Part shown: in pieces, positions 12,650-26,529 of the stretch | Numbering within the stretch: the first letter of the stretch is position 1 | How the letters are laid out: every line of letters begins with the position of its first letter | Assembly (NCBI RefSeq): GCF_009914755.1 | Contig: NC_060937.1 | Length of the DNA stretch: 64,000 nt | Direction: 5' to 3' (one strand) | Source of the DNA: the human T2T-CHM13v2.0 reference genome, Homo sapiens | Program-made: the position numbers and the translations under genes | Notes under the pieces: model-generated | The model's input: the letters and a program-made list of their open reading frames with translations, nothing else | What the model was told of the DNA's origin: nothing | Databases searched by the model: none

Positions 12650-14336
12650 CTGTGATTTTCTGTCTTTATAATTCAAATTAATCTTTTGTCCTTTCGACCT
12701 AGAAGGTTTCTGCTTATATAAATTAAATAGGAATGCAGTAGGCTTCTTATAAATTTCACTTCTAGGAACACCGTGATTGATTAGCCAATGCCAGAGCTCT
12801 ACATGGATCAGACTATTCTGATTGCTGCTTTGCTTCTGCTGTCTCTTATGGTAGCTATGCCCACCTTACCTTTGATGGTTAAGTGCCGCTACTTGGCCCC
12901 TGCCCCTCGGGATCTAATTATTCCCATTGTATTTAAATTTTGTAGTTGAGTGACTGTAGTTCCCACTGTTAGATCTAACATACAGAAAAGAGCAATTACA
13001 GGGCTTTTCAAAGATGTAGGTGCTGCCCTCACAAATCTATTTCAGAAGACATTGGTCAAGAGTATATCTTCTGGACCCTCTCAGCTGGTGTGAGTAGATC
13101 TAAAGTGACTAATCCAATCCACCATCCCAATGCCCCTAAGCCTTTGGACCCCTTCCTCAACATTAAACCAAGGGAGATCAGACATTTCCATCTCACTCAC
13201 AGTGGGCCATATTATAATGCATATTTCAGCTAACCAAGCAAATAAACTATTAGAACCTTTTCTAACTCCCCAAGCTGCAGCATTAAATGTAGAGTTCCTA
13301 CATAGTGGGCACAAATCAATAAATTCAGCCTCATCCAACTCTGTTTTTTCCACCACTATCCCACACCCTTAATATCCACTCCCATACCTGTTCTCCAGAT
13401 TTCTGTTTATATAAATTAGAAAACTCAAGCAGTTCTTTTTGAGTATAGCACACCTCCCTCATGGGTCACACTCTCAACCTCACCTCTTGGAGCCCACTGG
13501 GACTTTAGACTAGTTATAGGTCTAGAAGCAAAAAGGGTATTGGGGGTGGCTCCTGAGGAGATTCATTATCTTGCCTGACAGCTGCCTCAGGGGAGGCCAT
13601 CACTGTTGCCTCAGGCAGCGCAGGGTTTATCTCCTCAGACAAAGGTGGAGAAGCTGATGGCAGCATGAGTCGGGTGAGGGGGGAATGTTGCCACTACTGA
13701 TGATAGGGAAGCTGTTTCTTCTGGCAAAAAGGGTTCATCAGAGTTTACAAACTCAATGTCCCCAGCTTCATCATGGTCCTCCCATACATTCCCATTCCAA
13801 GTTGCAGCGTCCCATTCTTTTCCAATCAATGCCCTCATTTTATCAGTAGACACCTGGCAAGGCTGTGCATGCACCTTTTGTTGCAGGTCAGCCACTCACA
13901 TGATAAGAGTTTATGTCTGTTTTTCCACAATTTCAGCTCTTTCTCTGCAAGAGATAAGACTCTCACTCAGGGCAGTCTTAACAGAGTTGAAGCTCAGTAT
14001 CTGCTTCTGAAGCCAGGAGACAGAATCACTGAATTCATAATTTTCTTTAATCACTTTGTCCATTGAACTTAGGAGCAACCAACCAGCTTCATTATATTCC
14101 TTGGTTCTCCATATATGGTCAAAGGTATTATGTATAGAGTCACTAAACTCATTGCCCCTTATGAGCAATGAATCAGAAGTGTAAAATGCATTTATTTTGC
14201 ATAACTCTCTGAGCAATTCATGCCAAGGACTATCAGTGTTCTCCATACTATTAGAAGTAGAGTCCCTAGCATTTTTGGGTCTAATCATATTAAGAAGCCA
14301 ACTCCAGAAAACCCAAAACCAACAAAAGAACCCCAT
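12650..14336 (-). pseudogene. gag: HERV-L gag remnant
   Basis: ORFs 13911-14336 (FWSWLLNMIRPKNARDSTSNSMENTDSPWHEL), 13635-13895 (RALIGKEWD..TWNG.VWED) and 13081-13356 (LPWFNVEEGVQRLR) resemble ERV-L Gag; fragmented. Confidence 0.88.
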
Positions 14337-14360
14337 CCTTAATATTCTCTTCCTCTAGAA

Positions 14361-14375
14361 CAACTCCTGGTACCA
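14361..14375 (-). promoter_or_regulatory. HERV-L primer binding site (tRNA-Leu type)
   Basis: Minus strand TGGTACCAGGAGTTG, 5 nt after the 5' LTR end. Confidence 0.75.
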
Positions 14376-14380
14376 AAATC

Positions 14381-14824
14381 TGTATTAGTCAGGGTTCTCT
14401 AGAGGGACAGAACTAATATATATATATATATATGTATAGGGGAGATTTTAAAGTATTAACTCACATGATCACAAGGCCCCATAATAAGCTGTCTGCAGGC
14501 CGAGGAGCAAAGAGAACCAGTCCAAGTTCCAAAACGGAAGAACTTGGAGTCCAATGTTTGAGGTCCAGAAGCATTCAGAACTGGAGAAAGATGTAGGCTG
14601 GGAGGCTAAGTCAGTCTCTCTTTTCATGTTTTTCTGCCTGCTTATATTCTAGCTGCATTGGCAGCTGATTAGATTGTGCCCATTCAGCTTAAGGGTAGGT
14701 CTGCCTTTCCCAGCTTACTGACCAAATGTTAATCCCCTTTGGCAACATCCTTACAGACACACCCAGTATCAATGCTTTGTATCCTTCATTCCAATCAAGT
14801 TGACACTCAGTATTAACCATCACA
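14381..14824 (-). mobile_element. HERV-L 5' LTR (MLT2A)
   Basis: TGTATTAGTCAGGG...TATTAACCATCACA termini; only a short (TA)n at about 14417-14432. Confidence 0.95.
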
Positions 14825-14935
14825 CAGAGTTTCTCCATGTTGGCTAGGCTGGTCTCAAAATCCTGACCTCAGGTGACATGCCCTCCTTAGCCTCCCAAAA
14901 TGCAGGATTACAGGTGTGAACCACCACACCTGGCC
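14825..14935 (-). mobile_element. AluS, 5' part (continuation of 5899-6082)
   Basis: CAGAGTTTCTCCATGTTGGCTAGGCTGG...ACCTCAGGTGA...CCTGGCC resumes where the other half stops; degenerate TSD TTAA(C)ATACTT. Confidence 0.92.
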
Positions 14936-16509
14936 TTAACATACTTTCTGTTGAGAGATGGAGTACAGTCTGCTTCTTTTGAATATAGTCTTATCTTAGT
15001 GACTTGCTAATAACATATTGATGCTGCCTGACTTCTGAGGTTGGGTCATAAAAGGTGACACTGCTTCCATTCGGCCCTCTTGAGATGCTCATCTCTGGAA
15101 TCCAGATACTATGGTGGAAAGAACTCCTAGCCACATGGAGAGGATACATGGAGGTGCTTCTGTCAACAGTCCCCACTGAAGTCCTAGTTAATATCCTACA
15201 TCAACTGCCAGCCAGGCATGTGAGGAAGCTTTGCTGTGACACCAGCCTTGGTCACCATCTGAATGCAACTGCATAAGAGGCCATGAACACAAACTGTCTA
15301 GCTGAGGCCAGCCTCCCCTAGAACTAGAGGGCGGGGGGGTGATGGTAATAAATGACCATTGCTTTACACCAGTGTTTTAGGGTTCCCCAGAGGAGTGGAA
15401 CCAATAGAATACTAGTAATGTAAAATTCCTGCTTAAGTAAGATTATCGCTGAACAGTTATAATTTGACAGCATGAAAGCATTCCAGGCAGTCACTCAGAG
15501 GGGTCCAGCCTAATGGAGTGCAGGCCCCTTCGACACATGGCCCCCATACAGAACTCAGGCTCCTTGGGCACACAGCCCCTATACAGAGATCAGGCTCCTT
15601 GGGCACAAGGCCCCCATGCCAGCATGACTTTCACTTCCCAGTCAGAGGAATGTGAGGAGCCCTGGGAAGCACATATGGGAGGTTTCTATGGGCCAGACCT
15701 GCAAACAGTGGGCAGTAAGTTTGTCATTTCATTGGTGACAGCTAAGTCCCGGGACCACGAATAACAGGAAGGGAGACTGAGAAAAATGGGTCAGACAAGA
15801 CAGCCCAGGAAAAAAGAAAATGGCATTGGCTAAAGGGAGCCATTCTCTGTCACAACATTAGGAAACAAATGGAATTCTACCCCTATCATGATTGTAGGCT
15901 GAGACGGGAGAGTTTGGCAGCATTGTTTTGTGGAGGTCTAGACCTGGCAGCTGGTGAAAAATCAGTCTTGAACCAGGAGAATACAGAAAGAGGAAAATAC
16001 CTCAAATGAATGATTTCCCTTTGGAAAATGATGTTGAAGTATTGAGAGGTACTGAGTGAAACTATCTAAAGGTTGTTGAAAATATGGATCTTGTATTCTA
16101 GAAAGAGGTCCAAGCTGTAGATAGAGACATTCAGCCAAGGATAACTCAACCTTCCTTGGCAGCAGTACCAGAGTTTTAACAACTCTGCTGGATATCATTA
16201 AGCAGTGGCAGCGAAATCACCAGAATAAAGCCAAACCTCTTATTTCTCATAGCTTGCTGTGGTCAGCAGATAGGCATCCCTACATCTAAACTTTTGAAGT
16301 TGCTCACATGCATTTTGAAAACCAGGAGCCACAGATAATTAGAAGACTTTGGGAACTTCTGCAAGCACTTTTTTTCTAGAAAATGATTTAGTGAAATATT
16401 CAGGGAAAAAAATACTTTTACCAATTATGTTATCTAAAAATAATTGTTCTGTTCAAAAGACCAGTATGATGCCCCTTCTTCCAGATGTTAAGTAGATGAT
16501 GAAGTGAGA

Positions 16510-17070
16510 TGTACTGGTTATCTATTGCTGTGTAACAACTTATTCCAACACTTAACTGCTTGAAGAAGCAGGTAGTATCTCATACTTTCTATGGGTCAAG
16601 ATTGTGGGAGTGGCTTTGCTAGGGTCTCTGGTTCCAGATCTCTCCCAAGGTTGCAAGCAAGATGTCATTCAGGAAACTTACAATCATGGCAGAAGGAGAA
16701 GGAGAAGCAGTCATTTCAAGGTCAGGCTTGGGGAGATCTACTTCCAGGCTCACTCATGCAGCTGCTGGCAGGATTGCATTCCTTTTGGGTTGTTGGATTT
16801 TGGGGGCCTCAATTCCTTGTTGGCTGCTGGCTGGAAGCACCCTCAGTTCTCTCCACACGGGCTTCTCCACAGGGCAGCTTGCAACATGGCCACTGGCTTC
16901 CCTCTAAGGGAGCGAGTGAGAAGCACCACAGAGCAGGATAGTGAAGGGCATTCTATTAATACTGCCATGTTATATTTGTCAGAAACAAGTAACCAGTTCC
17001 ACCCCACATTCAAGGAGAGGAGACACAGGTCCTGGATGAAGAGGTAGTAATTATTGGGAACCATCTGAGG
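16510..17070 (-). mobile_element. MLT1 (E/F-like) LTR
   Basis: GGTTATCTATTGCTGTGTAACAA start, TCTATGGGTCAAGA, GCTCACTCATG..GCTGGCAGGATT, GCAACATGGC motifs. Confidence 0.7.
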
Positions 17071-17270
17071 CCCTAGTGGGGTCCTGGTAAAGCAACCGCT
17101 ATAAATAGAAAGTCCTTGCAGCAGCTAACTCCAATTCCCACACCCTGGAGTGACTTCTGTTTCAGTGAGCTCATAAATCCATTGAAGTTTTCTCAGTTGA
17201 ATGTTAGAGAGGATGCAGAAATTCCATTTCTGTTTCTGTCTACTGACGGTGCTTGCCAGTGCAGAGATGG

Positions 17271-19679
17271 TGTATTAGTCTGTTCTCACACTGCTATAAA
17301 GACATACCTGAGACTGGGTAATTTATAAAGAAGAGAGGTTTAATCAGTTCATTGTTCTGCAGACTGTACAGGCTTCTGCCTCTGGGGAGGCCTTAGGAAA
17401 CTTACAATCATAGCAGAAGGATAAGGAGAAGCAGGCACTGTCTTCACACGGCCAGCAGGAGTAGGTGAGGAGGTGCCACACACTTTCAAACAACCAGATC
17501 TCATGAGAACTCTATCATTGGACAGCACTATGGGGATGGTGCTAAGTCATTAGAGACCACCCCCATGATCCAGTCACCTCCCACCAGGCCTCACCTCCAA
17601 CATGGGGAATTACAATTCAACATGCGATTTGGGTGGGGACAGAGCCAAACCATATCATTCTGCCCCTGGCCCCTCCCAAATCTCATGTCTATTGCACATT
17701 TCAAAACACAATTATGCCTTTCCAACAGTCCCTCAAAGTCTTAACTCATTCCAGCATTAACTCAAAAGTCCAAGTCCAAAGTCTCATCTGAGAAAGTCAA
17801 TTCCCTTTGGCCTATGAGCCTGTAAAATCGAAAGTTAGTTACTTCCAGGATACTATAGGGGTATAGGCATTGAGTAAATGCATTCATTCCAAGTGGGAGA
17901 AATCAGCTGAAACAAAGGGGTTACAGGCCCCATGCAAATCTGAAACCCAGCAGGGCAGTCATTAAATTTTAAAGCTTCGAAAGAATATCCTTTGACCCCA
18001 TGTATCACATCCAGGCTACAGTGATGGAAGGGGTGAGCTTCCAAGGCCTTGGGAAGCTCCACCCATGTTGCTTTTCAGGGAACAGCCCCCACTGCTGCTT
18101 TCATGGGCTGGGATTGAGTGCCTGTGGCTTTGGCACATGGTGTAAGCTGTTGGTAGAACTACCATTGTGGGGTTTGGAGGACGGTGGCCCTGTTCTCACA
18201 GCTCCACTAGACAGTTCCCCAGTGAGGTAGGTCTCTACTTGGGGACTCTTAACACCACATTTCCCCTCCACCCTACTCTAGTAGAGGTAATCTGTGAGGT
18301 TCTGCCCCTGCACCAGACTTCTGCCTGTACATCCAGGTGTTTCTATACTTCCGCTGAAATCTAAGTGGAGGCTACTAAGCCTCAATTCTTGCCCTCTGCA
18401 CATCCACAGGCTTAACACCACATGGAAGCCACCAAGGCTTGGGGCTTGCACCTTCTGAAACAACATCCTGAGCTGTTCTTTGGCCCCTTTTAGCCGTGGC
18501 TGGAGCTGGAGCTGGAGTGGCCATGATGCAGGGTGCCTTTTCTGGAGGTTGTGCAGGGCAGTAGGGCCCTGGGTAAGGCCCATGAAAACATTCTTTTCTC
18601 CTAGGCCCCTGGGTCTGTGAAGGGAGGGGCTACCACGAAGAGCTCTGACATGCCTTGGGGGCATTTTCCTCATTGTCTTGGCTATTAATATTTGGCTCCT
18701 CTTTACTTACGCAAATTTCTGCAGCCAGCTTGAATCCCTCCCCAGAAAATAGGTTTTTCTTTTCTACCACATCACTAGGCTGCAAATTTTCCAAACTTTT
18801 ATGCTCTGCTTTCTTTTTCAATAAAGTTCCAGTTTTAGATCATCTCTTTGTTTGTGCAGATGAACGTTGGCTTTTAAAAGCAGCCAGGGTACATCTTGAA
18901 TGCTTTGTTGCTTAGAAATTTCTTCCACCAAATACCCTAAATCATCTCTGTCAAGTGCAAATTTCCACAGGTCCCTAGAGTGGGGCAGAATGCTGCCAGT
19001 CTCTTTGCTAAAGCATAGCAAGAGTGACCTTTGCTCAAGCTCCCAATACATTCCTCATCTCCAGCTGAGACCGCCTCAGCCTGGACTTCATTATCCATAT
19101 CACTATCAGCATTTTGGTCACAACAATTTAACAAGTCTCTACAAAGTTCCAAACTTTCCTTCATCTTCCTTTCATGTTCTGAGCCCTCCAAACTGTTCCA
19201 ACCTCTGTCTGTTACCCAGTTCCAAAGTTGCTTCTACATTTTCAGGTATTTTATAGCAATGCTCCACTTCTCTGGTACCAACTTTATGTATTCGTCCATT
19301 CTTGCACTGCTATAAAGACACACCCGAGACTGGGTAATCTATAAAGAAGAGGGGTTTAATCAGCTCATGGTTCTGCGGGCTGTACAGGCTTCTGCTTCTG
19401 GGAAGGCTTCAGGAAACTTACAATTGTCGTGGAAGGTGAAGGGAAAGCAAGTGCATCTTCACATGGCCAGCAGGAGAGTGGGGGTTGGGGGAGGTGCCAC
19501 ACACTTTGAAACAACCAGATCTCATGAAAACTGTATCATGAGAGAGCACCAGGGGAATGGTGCTAAATCATTTGAAACCACCCCCATGATCCAACCACCT
19601 TCCACCAGGCCCTGTCTCCACCATCGAGAATTACAATTCAACATGAAATTTGGTGAGGACACGGAGCCAAACCATATCA
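17271..19679 (-). mobile_element. Full-length MST (MSTA-like) MaLR provirus: LTR 17271-17657, internal 17658-19286, LTR 19287-19679
   Basis: Two LTRs TGTATT...CATATCA, perfect TSD GATGG (17266-17270 / 19680-19684), TGGTACCAG next to the 5' LTR, MaLR ORF remnants (MEGSEHERKMKESLEL..DLLNCCDQNADSDMDNEVQAE). Confidence 0.93.
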
Positions 19680-20309
19680 GATGGGATACTCTTGAATTGA
19701 GTGGAGTGAAGGAATGGAGACTCAAACTGAGGTAACTAGATGGCCAAATTAGAAAAGCTAGCAAGGTTTCAGGGAGAAAATAAAACAGAAGCAGCAACAT
19801 GCAATAGAGGGTAGTATATTTTGGGCAAGCACAAATGAGTCCTGAGCATCAGATGGTTTCCAGGTGTGGCCTATTGACTCCTGTGTCCTGAAGGAAGATA
19901 TGGTAAGTGATGGAGACTTGGATGGGATGGAAGAGGGGATTGGAAATATGAGCAGGATGGAAGCAAAACAGAAATGAAGGCAGGGTCTGATGTGCATCAG
20001 TCATACAGAACTGTGTCTCCAAGACAAGGCTGAAGAGAGGGAAATGGGATCCAACCTGCAAATGTGGTGAAGGAACAAGCTAGAAAACCATCCCCATGAA
20101 GCTGACTCATGAACAGAGGTCCCAACTAGTGCCTGCAAATTGGCACACAGTCATAAGGTGAAGGACCTAGGAAATCTTAGTACCTTCAAGTCTTTTGAAA
20201 GGGGGACCAGACAAGTAATCTATCTTCTTAGCTGAGGGAGATGTGACTCTTCCCATTTTATTTTTCTGATAAAACCAATGCAGTGTATGTAAAAATACTT
20301 TTGGGCCTC

Positions 20310-20619
<310 letters not shown>

Positions 20620-23600
20620 CTAAAAAGCCATTTTTCTAATCATTTAGTTAATAAACGTTTACATCATGACTTGAAGGAGCAAAAAAGATAGTCTTGCAAT
20701 TGAGCATGTAAAGGAAGATTTTTGCAGAAGAAAGGGTAGCAATACAACAGCCAGCAGATGCAGGTTCCATTAATGTGCCTGAAACACACACAGAACAATG
20801 TTAACATAGTAAAGCAAACACTGTAAACCTTAAAGTGAGGAGGCCGAGTTCCATGTGCATGTGTGTCACCAATAAGCCTTCTGACCTTAGACAAGTCACT
20901 GCACCTTTCTGCTGCCTTAATAAAATGAACAGTTTTACTACCTCAACATTTCTTTCAGCTTTAAGTATTCTAACCAACAAGCAAAGTTTTTTAAACTTTC
21001 TCCATATTAACTTTCTTATCAAAATCTGTAAGATGGAGTAAATGAACATGCATGTCCTTCTAAATGATAAACTCAGTGGGATGCACATAAGGGTAGTTTG
21101 GAGGGTCACTGGATGCAGCAGATCTGAGGCTTAGTGTGCATGGGGCACTGCTTTGCATCCAACCACCCTACACTTGCACCCTAATATGCTTTTGTCTGGC
21201 CAAAAGCAGGAAAATTGTTTTTTTTATTGAATTTATCTCATTTATTCCCCTCAAACATAATGCGTTAATCCTTCTTCTATAGTTGAGCAAATTGAGGCTA
21301 AGAAAGGACAAGGCAGAGGTCACCCAGCATGAAGTTTGATCTAGGGCTCTCTGTTTCCAAACTTTCCACTTCTCTGTATAAAGACCAGTTGCCAAACCTC
21401 TGCCCCACAGGCAGCACTCACAGCACTATCTGTGCATGGAGGTTTGGCAGCCTCTCTGAAAATAGCACATCTATATGATTTCTATGTTTCCTAAAGAAAT
21501 TACTATTTGGTGAATCATGCTAATGGAGAAAAGACAGTTGAGACAACCTCTAGAAGGAATCAACTGTTCACAGGATTTCGGCATTCTAGAAGGTAGGAAT
21601 AACCAGCCATGGAATGAGACTCCAAAAGCATCCTGAGTGTGGCCTCCCATGGCTCCCTTCTGAGAGGCAACTCATCTTTTGTAGACTGCAGAGCATATGC
21701 ACATTGGAACAGGTTACAAAGACTGGTGTGAAAATTCCCCCATGTCCCTTAACATGATACCAAATCCCACTTGCTTGAAATAACTTGGAGTGGTCTCACC
21801 TAAGGACAAAGGTAAAAAAGCAAAATGAAACAAAACAAGTTCTCATCCATCTCAAAGGGATAAATGGGATAAGGGTTATTCATTTGTTTTACTTTTGCCT
21901 TATTTTGTTGAGAATCCATTTGGGAAAATAAGTTAAAAACGACACTAGAAAAAATGCTGTGAATTCTAAAGGTCATTGATTTCTCTTCTCCCTGGGCTTG
22001 CATTTTCACTCTAATTTTGGGGGTTGTGACACTAATACAGGTTAGAAATTGTACAGATAAAATTCATGTCTTTTTTTTTGTTTTCTGCACAACTTGCGGA
22101 ATTTCAGTAATAGTTTGTTCTATGTTAGTCTCAAGTCATACTGATATTTTCATATGTAACTATTCCTGGTTCCAAATTTCAATCTAAAATTTGTTTAGAA
22201 GTTTTTATGTTATACCTAATGTTGACTTGGTTTGAATTTCCATGCCTTAATCAAGAATAAACCTTCCCACAGCTCCTGTCAAGCCATTAATGCCAGGTGA
22301 AATGAAGTAAAAACAAATGTGCTACCAATGAATTCAGTTGACATGTGGCCCATGCTTTCACTGTAATCTCTAAATAAGAAAACATATGGTGATATATTAC
22401 CTTGAGAAGCATACCACTGGAAAATAAATCACAGAAAAGAATATTCCAAAATGTAGTACTTTGCTTTCAGCTATCAGACCCACGTTTACTTTTTGGATGC
22501 TTTCTTGCTTCCTGTGGTTTATTGTTGGGTGTTTTTGTTGTTGTAGTTGTTGGGTTTTTTTTGGGGTTTTTTGTTTTTTTTTTTTGTTTTTTACTTTACC
22601 TCTATTCACGGCCTCTTTATATCCTCTCCTTTTTATGGCAGTTACAAGAGGACTGTTCACACATCGAAAAATGTTTGCTCACTCAGAACTGTGACCCGGA
22701 TCATTCATTGGATGAGAAATGACACCCCAGCACTGGGTAGCTGTTGAACGAAAGGGTCCCTACCCCCTTGTTGAATGGCTATCTGTGGTGGGCCTGCCAG
22801 AAGCTGGTGGAGCTGGGATGTGGCCGGGACTACTTGTTCCTCTCTTCAGCCAGATGAAGAGGGCAAAGAGAGAGCAGCGAAAAGAAATGCAGTTTCACTC
22901 TCACCGTGGATTAGTCATTTGTGTGAGAATGAGACTAAGTTAGTGCGTGCATTCTCCTTGCATTTTCAACTGAGAAATAGGTCTGATACTTTGGTATGAA
23001 ATTCACAGAGAATCCCACTGAAATTTTCTCTGTGCATATCCTTATCCTTTATGTATGGATCACCTAGAGCAAGTTCATTTATTCACATTTAAACATAGAT
23101 TTCTGAAACTCCTCCTCTGCACATTTGGCATGGAATACGTATTGATGTTACAGTAGGCAGAAAAACAGAATAATTCCACATATAACCATTTGAAAAGTGG
23201 TGTTGTCAAGCACTATGAAGGCAAAAGTACAAGGCATAATAAAAATTTAAAGAATAAATCAGGTTTGCTTAAAGGAGTCATGAAAGTATTTTCCAAAGTG
23301 GAATTTATACTGAGACATAAGAATCAGTGAAAACTGGCAGGTGAAAAAGGAGATGAATGTAAGACTCCATTACCATGCTGGACATAGAGAGTCCCAGAAA
23401 TGGGAAGCTCAGATGTACTCTCTTCTACTAAATGACTCTTCCCTTCTAAGTTCTCAAAAATCCTCTGCATACACCTTCACTGCAGCACCTGCCAGCTGGT
23501 GTCATGATTTCTGTCATTCTCACTCAACTGTGGGGATGTAAGAAATCTTCGTATGTCTCAGATTCCAGAACAGTCCTTGGCACACAGAGAACAGCAATAT

Positions 23601-24417
23601 ACTATTAATGGATGAATAAACTAAAGGGTGCATAAATGAATGAATGAGAACCGGTTAAAGAGTTTTCAAGATATCAGGCTGTGACACTTATGGTATCACT
23701 TATGATATCCGCATCATCCCAAATTTCTAAAAACAATGTAACAAATATTGGTTTAACATGTAAATCATTACACAGGACTTTTGATGGATCAGAAAATGTG
23801 GGGGAAAATCCCTTAAATGTGGAATGTAGTGGCAATAGAATTGCAAAGGAAATCACAGCATAACATGCATGCAGGAGGGCCATGGCCAATGGGGGGCAGA
23901 TCCCACAGCACTCCATGGACACAAAGGGGCACCAGGACTCCCTGAAGATACTTAGCTGGGATACCCTCATAGGAGAAGCCAGGTGTGCAACACAGACATC
24001 TCCCCTTTTCCACTATTAGCCAAGCAGAATATATAGGCTTAGCACATGTCAAAAGGCTCAGTCAGAGAGAATGGCAGGACCCCAGTGCTATGTTCTGAAT
24101 GTTGGTGTCCCACGAAAACCATATGTTGAAACCTAATATCATATTAAAACATGGGACCTTTGGGAACTGAGTAAGTCATGAGGGCTCCACCCTCATGAAT
24201 GAGATTAGTGCCCTTAAAAAGGGGGTGTGCGTGAGGTCCCTTGCCCTTCCTGACACTTGAGGATGCAGTGAGAATGCACCGTCTTCAAAGCAGAGAGCTC
24301 TCATAAGACACCAAACCTGCTGGTGCCTTGATCTGGGACTTCTCAGCCTCTAGAGCTGAGCAATACATTTGTGTGGCTTATAAATTGCCCAGTCTATGGT
24401 ATTTTGTTATAGCAGCC

Positions 24418-24890
24418 TGATATGGTTTGGCTCTGTGTCCTCACCCAAATCTCATCTTCAGTTGCACTCCCATAATTCCCATGTGTTGTGGGAGGGACCT
24501 GGTGGGAGATAATTTGAATCATGGGGGCGGTTTCCCCCATACTGTTCTTGTGGTAGTGAATAAGTCTCACCATATCTGTTGGCTTTATCAGGGGTTTCTG
24601 ATACTGTTCTCGTGGTAGTGAATAAGTCTCACAATATCTGTTGGCTTTATCAGGGGTTTCCGATACTGTTCTCGTCGTACTGAATAAGTCTCACAATATC
24701 TGTTGGCTTTATCAGGGGTTTCTGCTTTTGCATCTTTCTCATTTTCTCTTGCTGCCGCCATGTAAGAAGTGCCTTTTACCTCCTGCAGTGATTCTGAGAC
24801 CTCCCCAGCCATGTGGGAGTCCAATTAAACCTCTTTTTCTTCCCAGTATCGAGTATGTCTTTATCAGCAGTGTGAAAATGAACTAATACC
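24418..24890 (+). mobile_element. THE1A-like solo LTR with internal triplication
   Basis: TGATATGGTTTGGCTCTG start, TATCAGGGGTTTC motif, TSD CAGCC (24413-24417 / 24891-24895). Confidence 0.9.
24539..24724 (+). repeat. 3 x 62-bp tandem repeat
   Basis: Units start ATACTGTTCT at 24539, 24601 and 24663; a few mismatches between units. Confidence 0.95.
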
Positions 24891-26016
24891 CAGCCCTAAG
24901 AACTAAGGCGCTTGGGTATCCGGGCCCCTCTGTCCACTAAGACTTGTCAAGAGGTAACGTTCAGCCCTCCCATCTCTCAGGGAAAACAATGTCAAATGGA
25001 AACCACGCTGCACATTCCACCCCTTCCCTGAGGTGGCAGCACAAACAAATTCAGCACAAAGTCTAATTGCCTCGGCACAAAACATGAAAGCACCAGCAAG
25101 GGTCACCAGGTACTGGAGGGAAAAAAAAAAAAAAAGACAATAACTTCAACACAAGCATGAAATTCTGCCCAAAGAACATCATCATTAGAGCAGCAGAACA
25201 CTGTTGACACAGCATGTGGTCACTAATTTTGATGACAGCTTTCCAGTTTGGCAGGGGAGGAGCTGGCCCTGGAGCTGGCTTCCTTGTTCTGCAGGCACCT
25301 TCCTGATTTTGTCCAATTCAACATCTCTTGTGGCAGTCTGGGCTTGTAGTACAGGGATCTTTCCATCAGGCTCAGTCTGGAGACTGTTCTTCAGCCCCAC
25401 TTAAAGACTCTGTAAGTCATTGAATATCCTGTAAAAAAAAAGTGGCTAAACTAGCTACAGTTGACTGTTTCTTCACCTGGACTTCCCTCGATACAGTAAT
25501 TGGTACCTGAGGTAGCTGGAGACAATAGACTGTCAGGGAAACGGGAATCTGAAACGCGTCTGAACTGGTTAGATTTGAAGGCAGTAAAGTTTCTGCCAGC
25601 ATTGAAGGATGAGACACTGGCAGTCCACAGTATCTGGTGGTGAAAGAGATACTTAAATTATCCCCTGTGCTTGTGGGAAATAAAGTGCCCATTGAAGGAA
25701 GGCTTTGGCAGGCTACATGTCTACTGTCGAGGGCAAGTATGGCAAAAATGAGAAGCACAATGACTATGGAGTATGTCTGGCTGTATTCAACTGTGTTCAA
25801 AATCTTAAAGTCAGAAAATGAAACACTCAGGACTTTTCATTCTCAGCTTATGACGTAGTCAGTGGACCAGGTAACATTTGTGGCTTTAAGGCTATCTTAT
25901 CTCTCATAGCTATGAGGCAAGCATAAAAATAAAAATAAAAAAAATCAGCATCTGATTCTAAGTGTGGAGTTTGCAGACTCACAGGGCTTTTAAGATTAAG
26001 ACATTGGTTGCCAAAG

Positions 26017-26314
<298 letters not shown>

Positions 26315-26529
26315 ACATTTGTTGCAAAAATTTGGAGCCCAAAGAACTGGGGCAGGGACTAGTGGGCAAATTTAATTACTCTGAATACCTAAAGATCTCC
26401 AAAACCTTGAACTTCTCCAGCCACCGAGAGATGCTCTTTCTTTCTTTTCTCGTGGTCCTATTCCTGCCTTATCTAAAGACCATAGAATTAACTCATCTCA
26501 GTGAATTTCCCAGGACTGCAGAGCTGCTT

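Larger units (their letters stand above)
6083..14824 (-). mobile_element. HERV-L provirus, near full length, with MLT2A LTRs
   Basis: Two MLT2A LTRs, PBS, gag-pro-pol-dUTPase remnants on the minus strand, no env; internal region about 5.64 kb (8740-14380). Confidence 0.95.
24085..24910 (+). mobile_element. MLT1A/MSTC-like LTR split by THE1A
   Basis: TGAATGTTGGTGTCCC..ATATGTTGAAACCTAAT...TATGGTATTTTGTTATAGCAGCC, resuming CTAAGAACTAAGGC after the THE1 insert. Confidence 0.75.

Noticed and set aside
9779-14066. Plus-strand ORFs antisense to HERV-L
   Set aside because: Shadow frames of decayed gag/pol; short and not independently supported.
22397-22747. Lys/Gln-rich and Phe-rich ORFs
   Set aside because: Produced by a T/G low-complexity tract at about 22520-22590.
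24539-24724. Regularly spaced repeats resembling a CRISPR array
   Set aside because: Head-to-tail tandem units with no unique spacers, inside a THE1 LTR in primate DNA; no cas genes.
25185-25800. Minus-strand ORFs and acceptor-like TTTTTTTTTACAG at about 25429
   Set aside because: All three frames after the acceptor stop quickly and no homology is recognisable; at most a non-coding exon.
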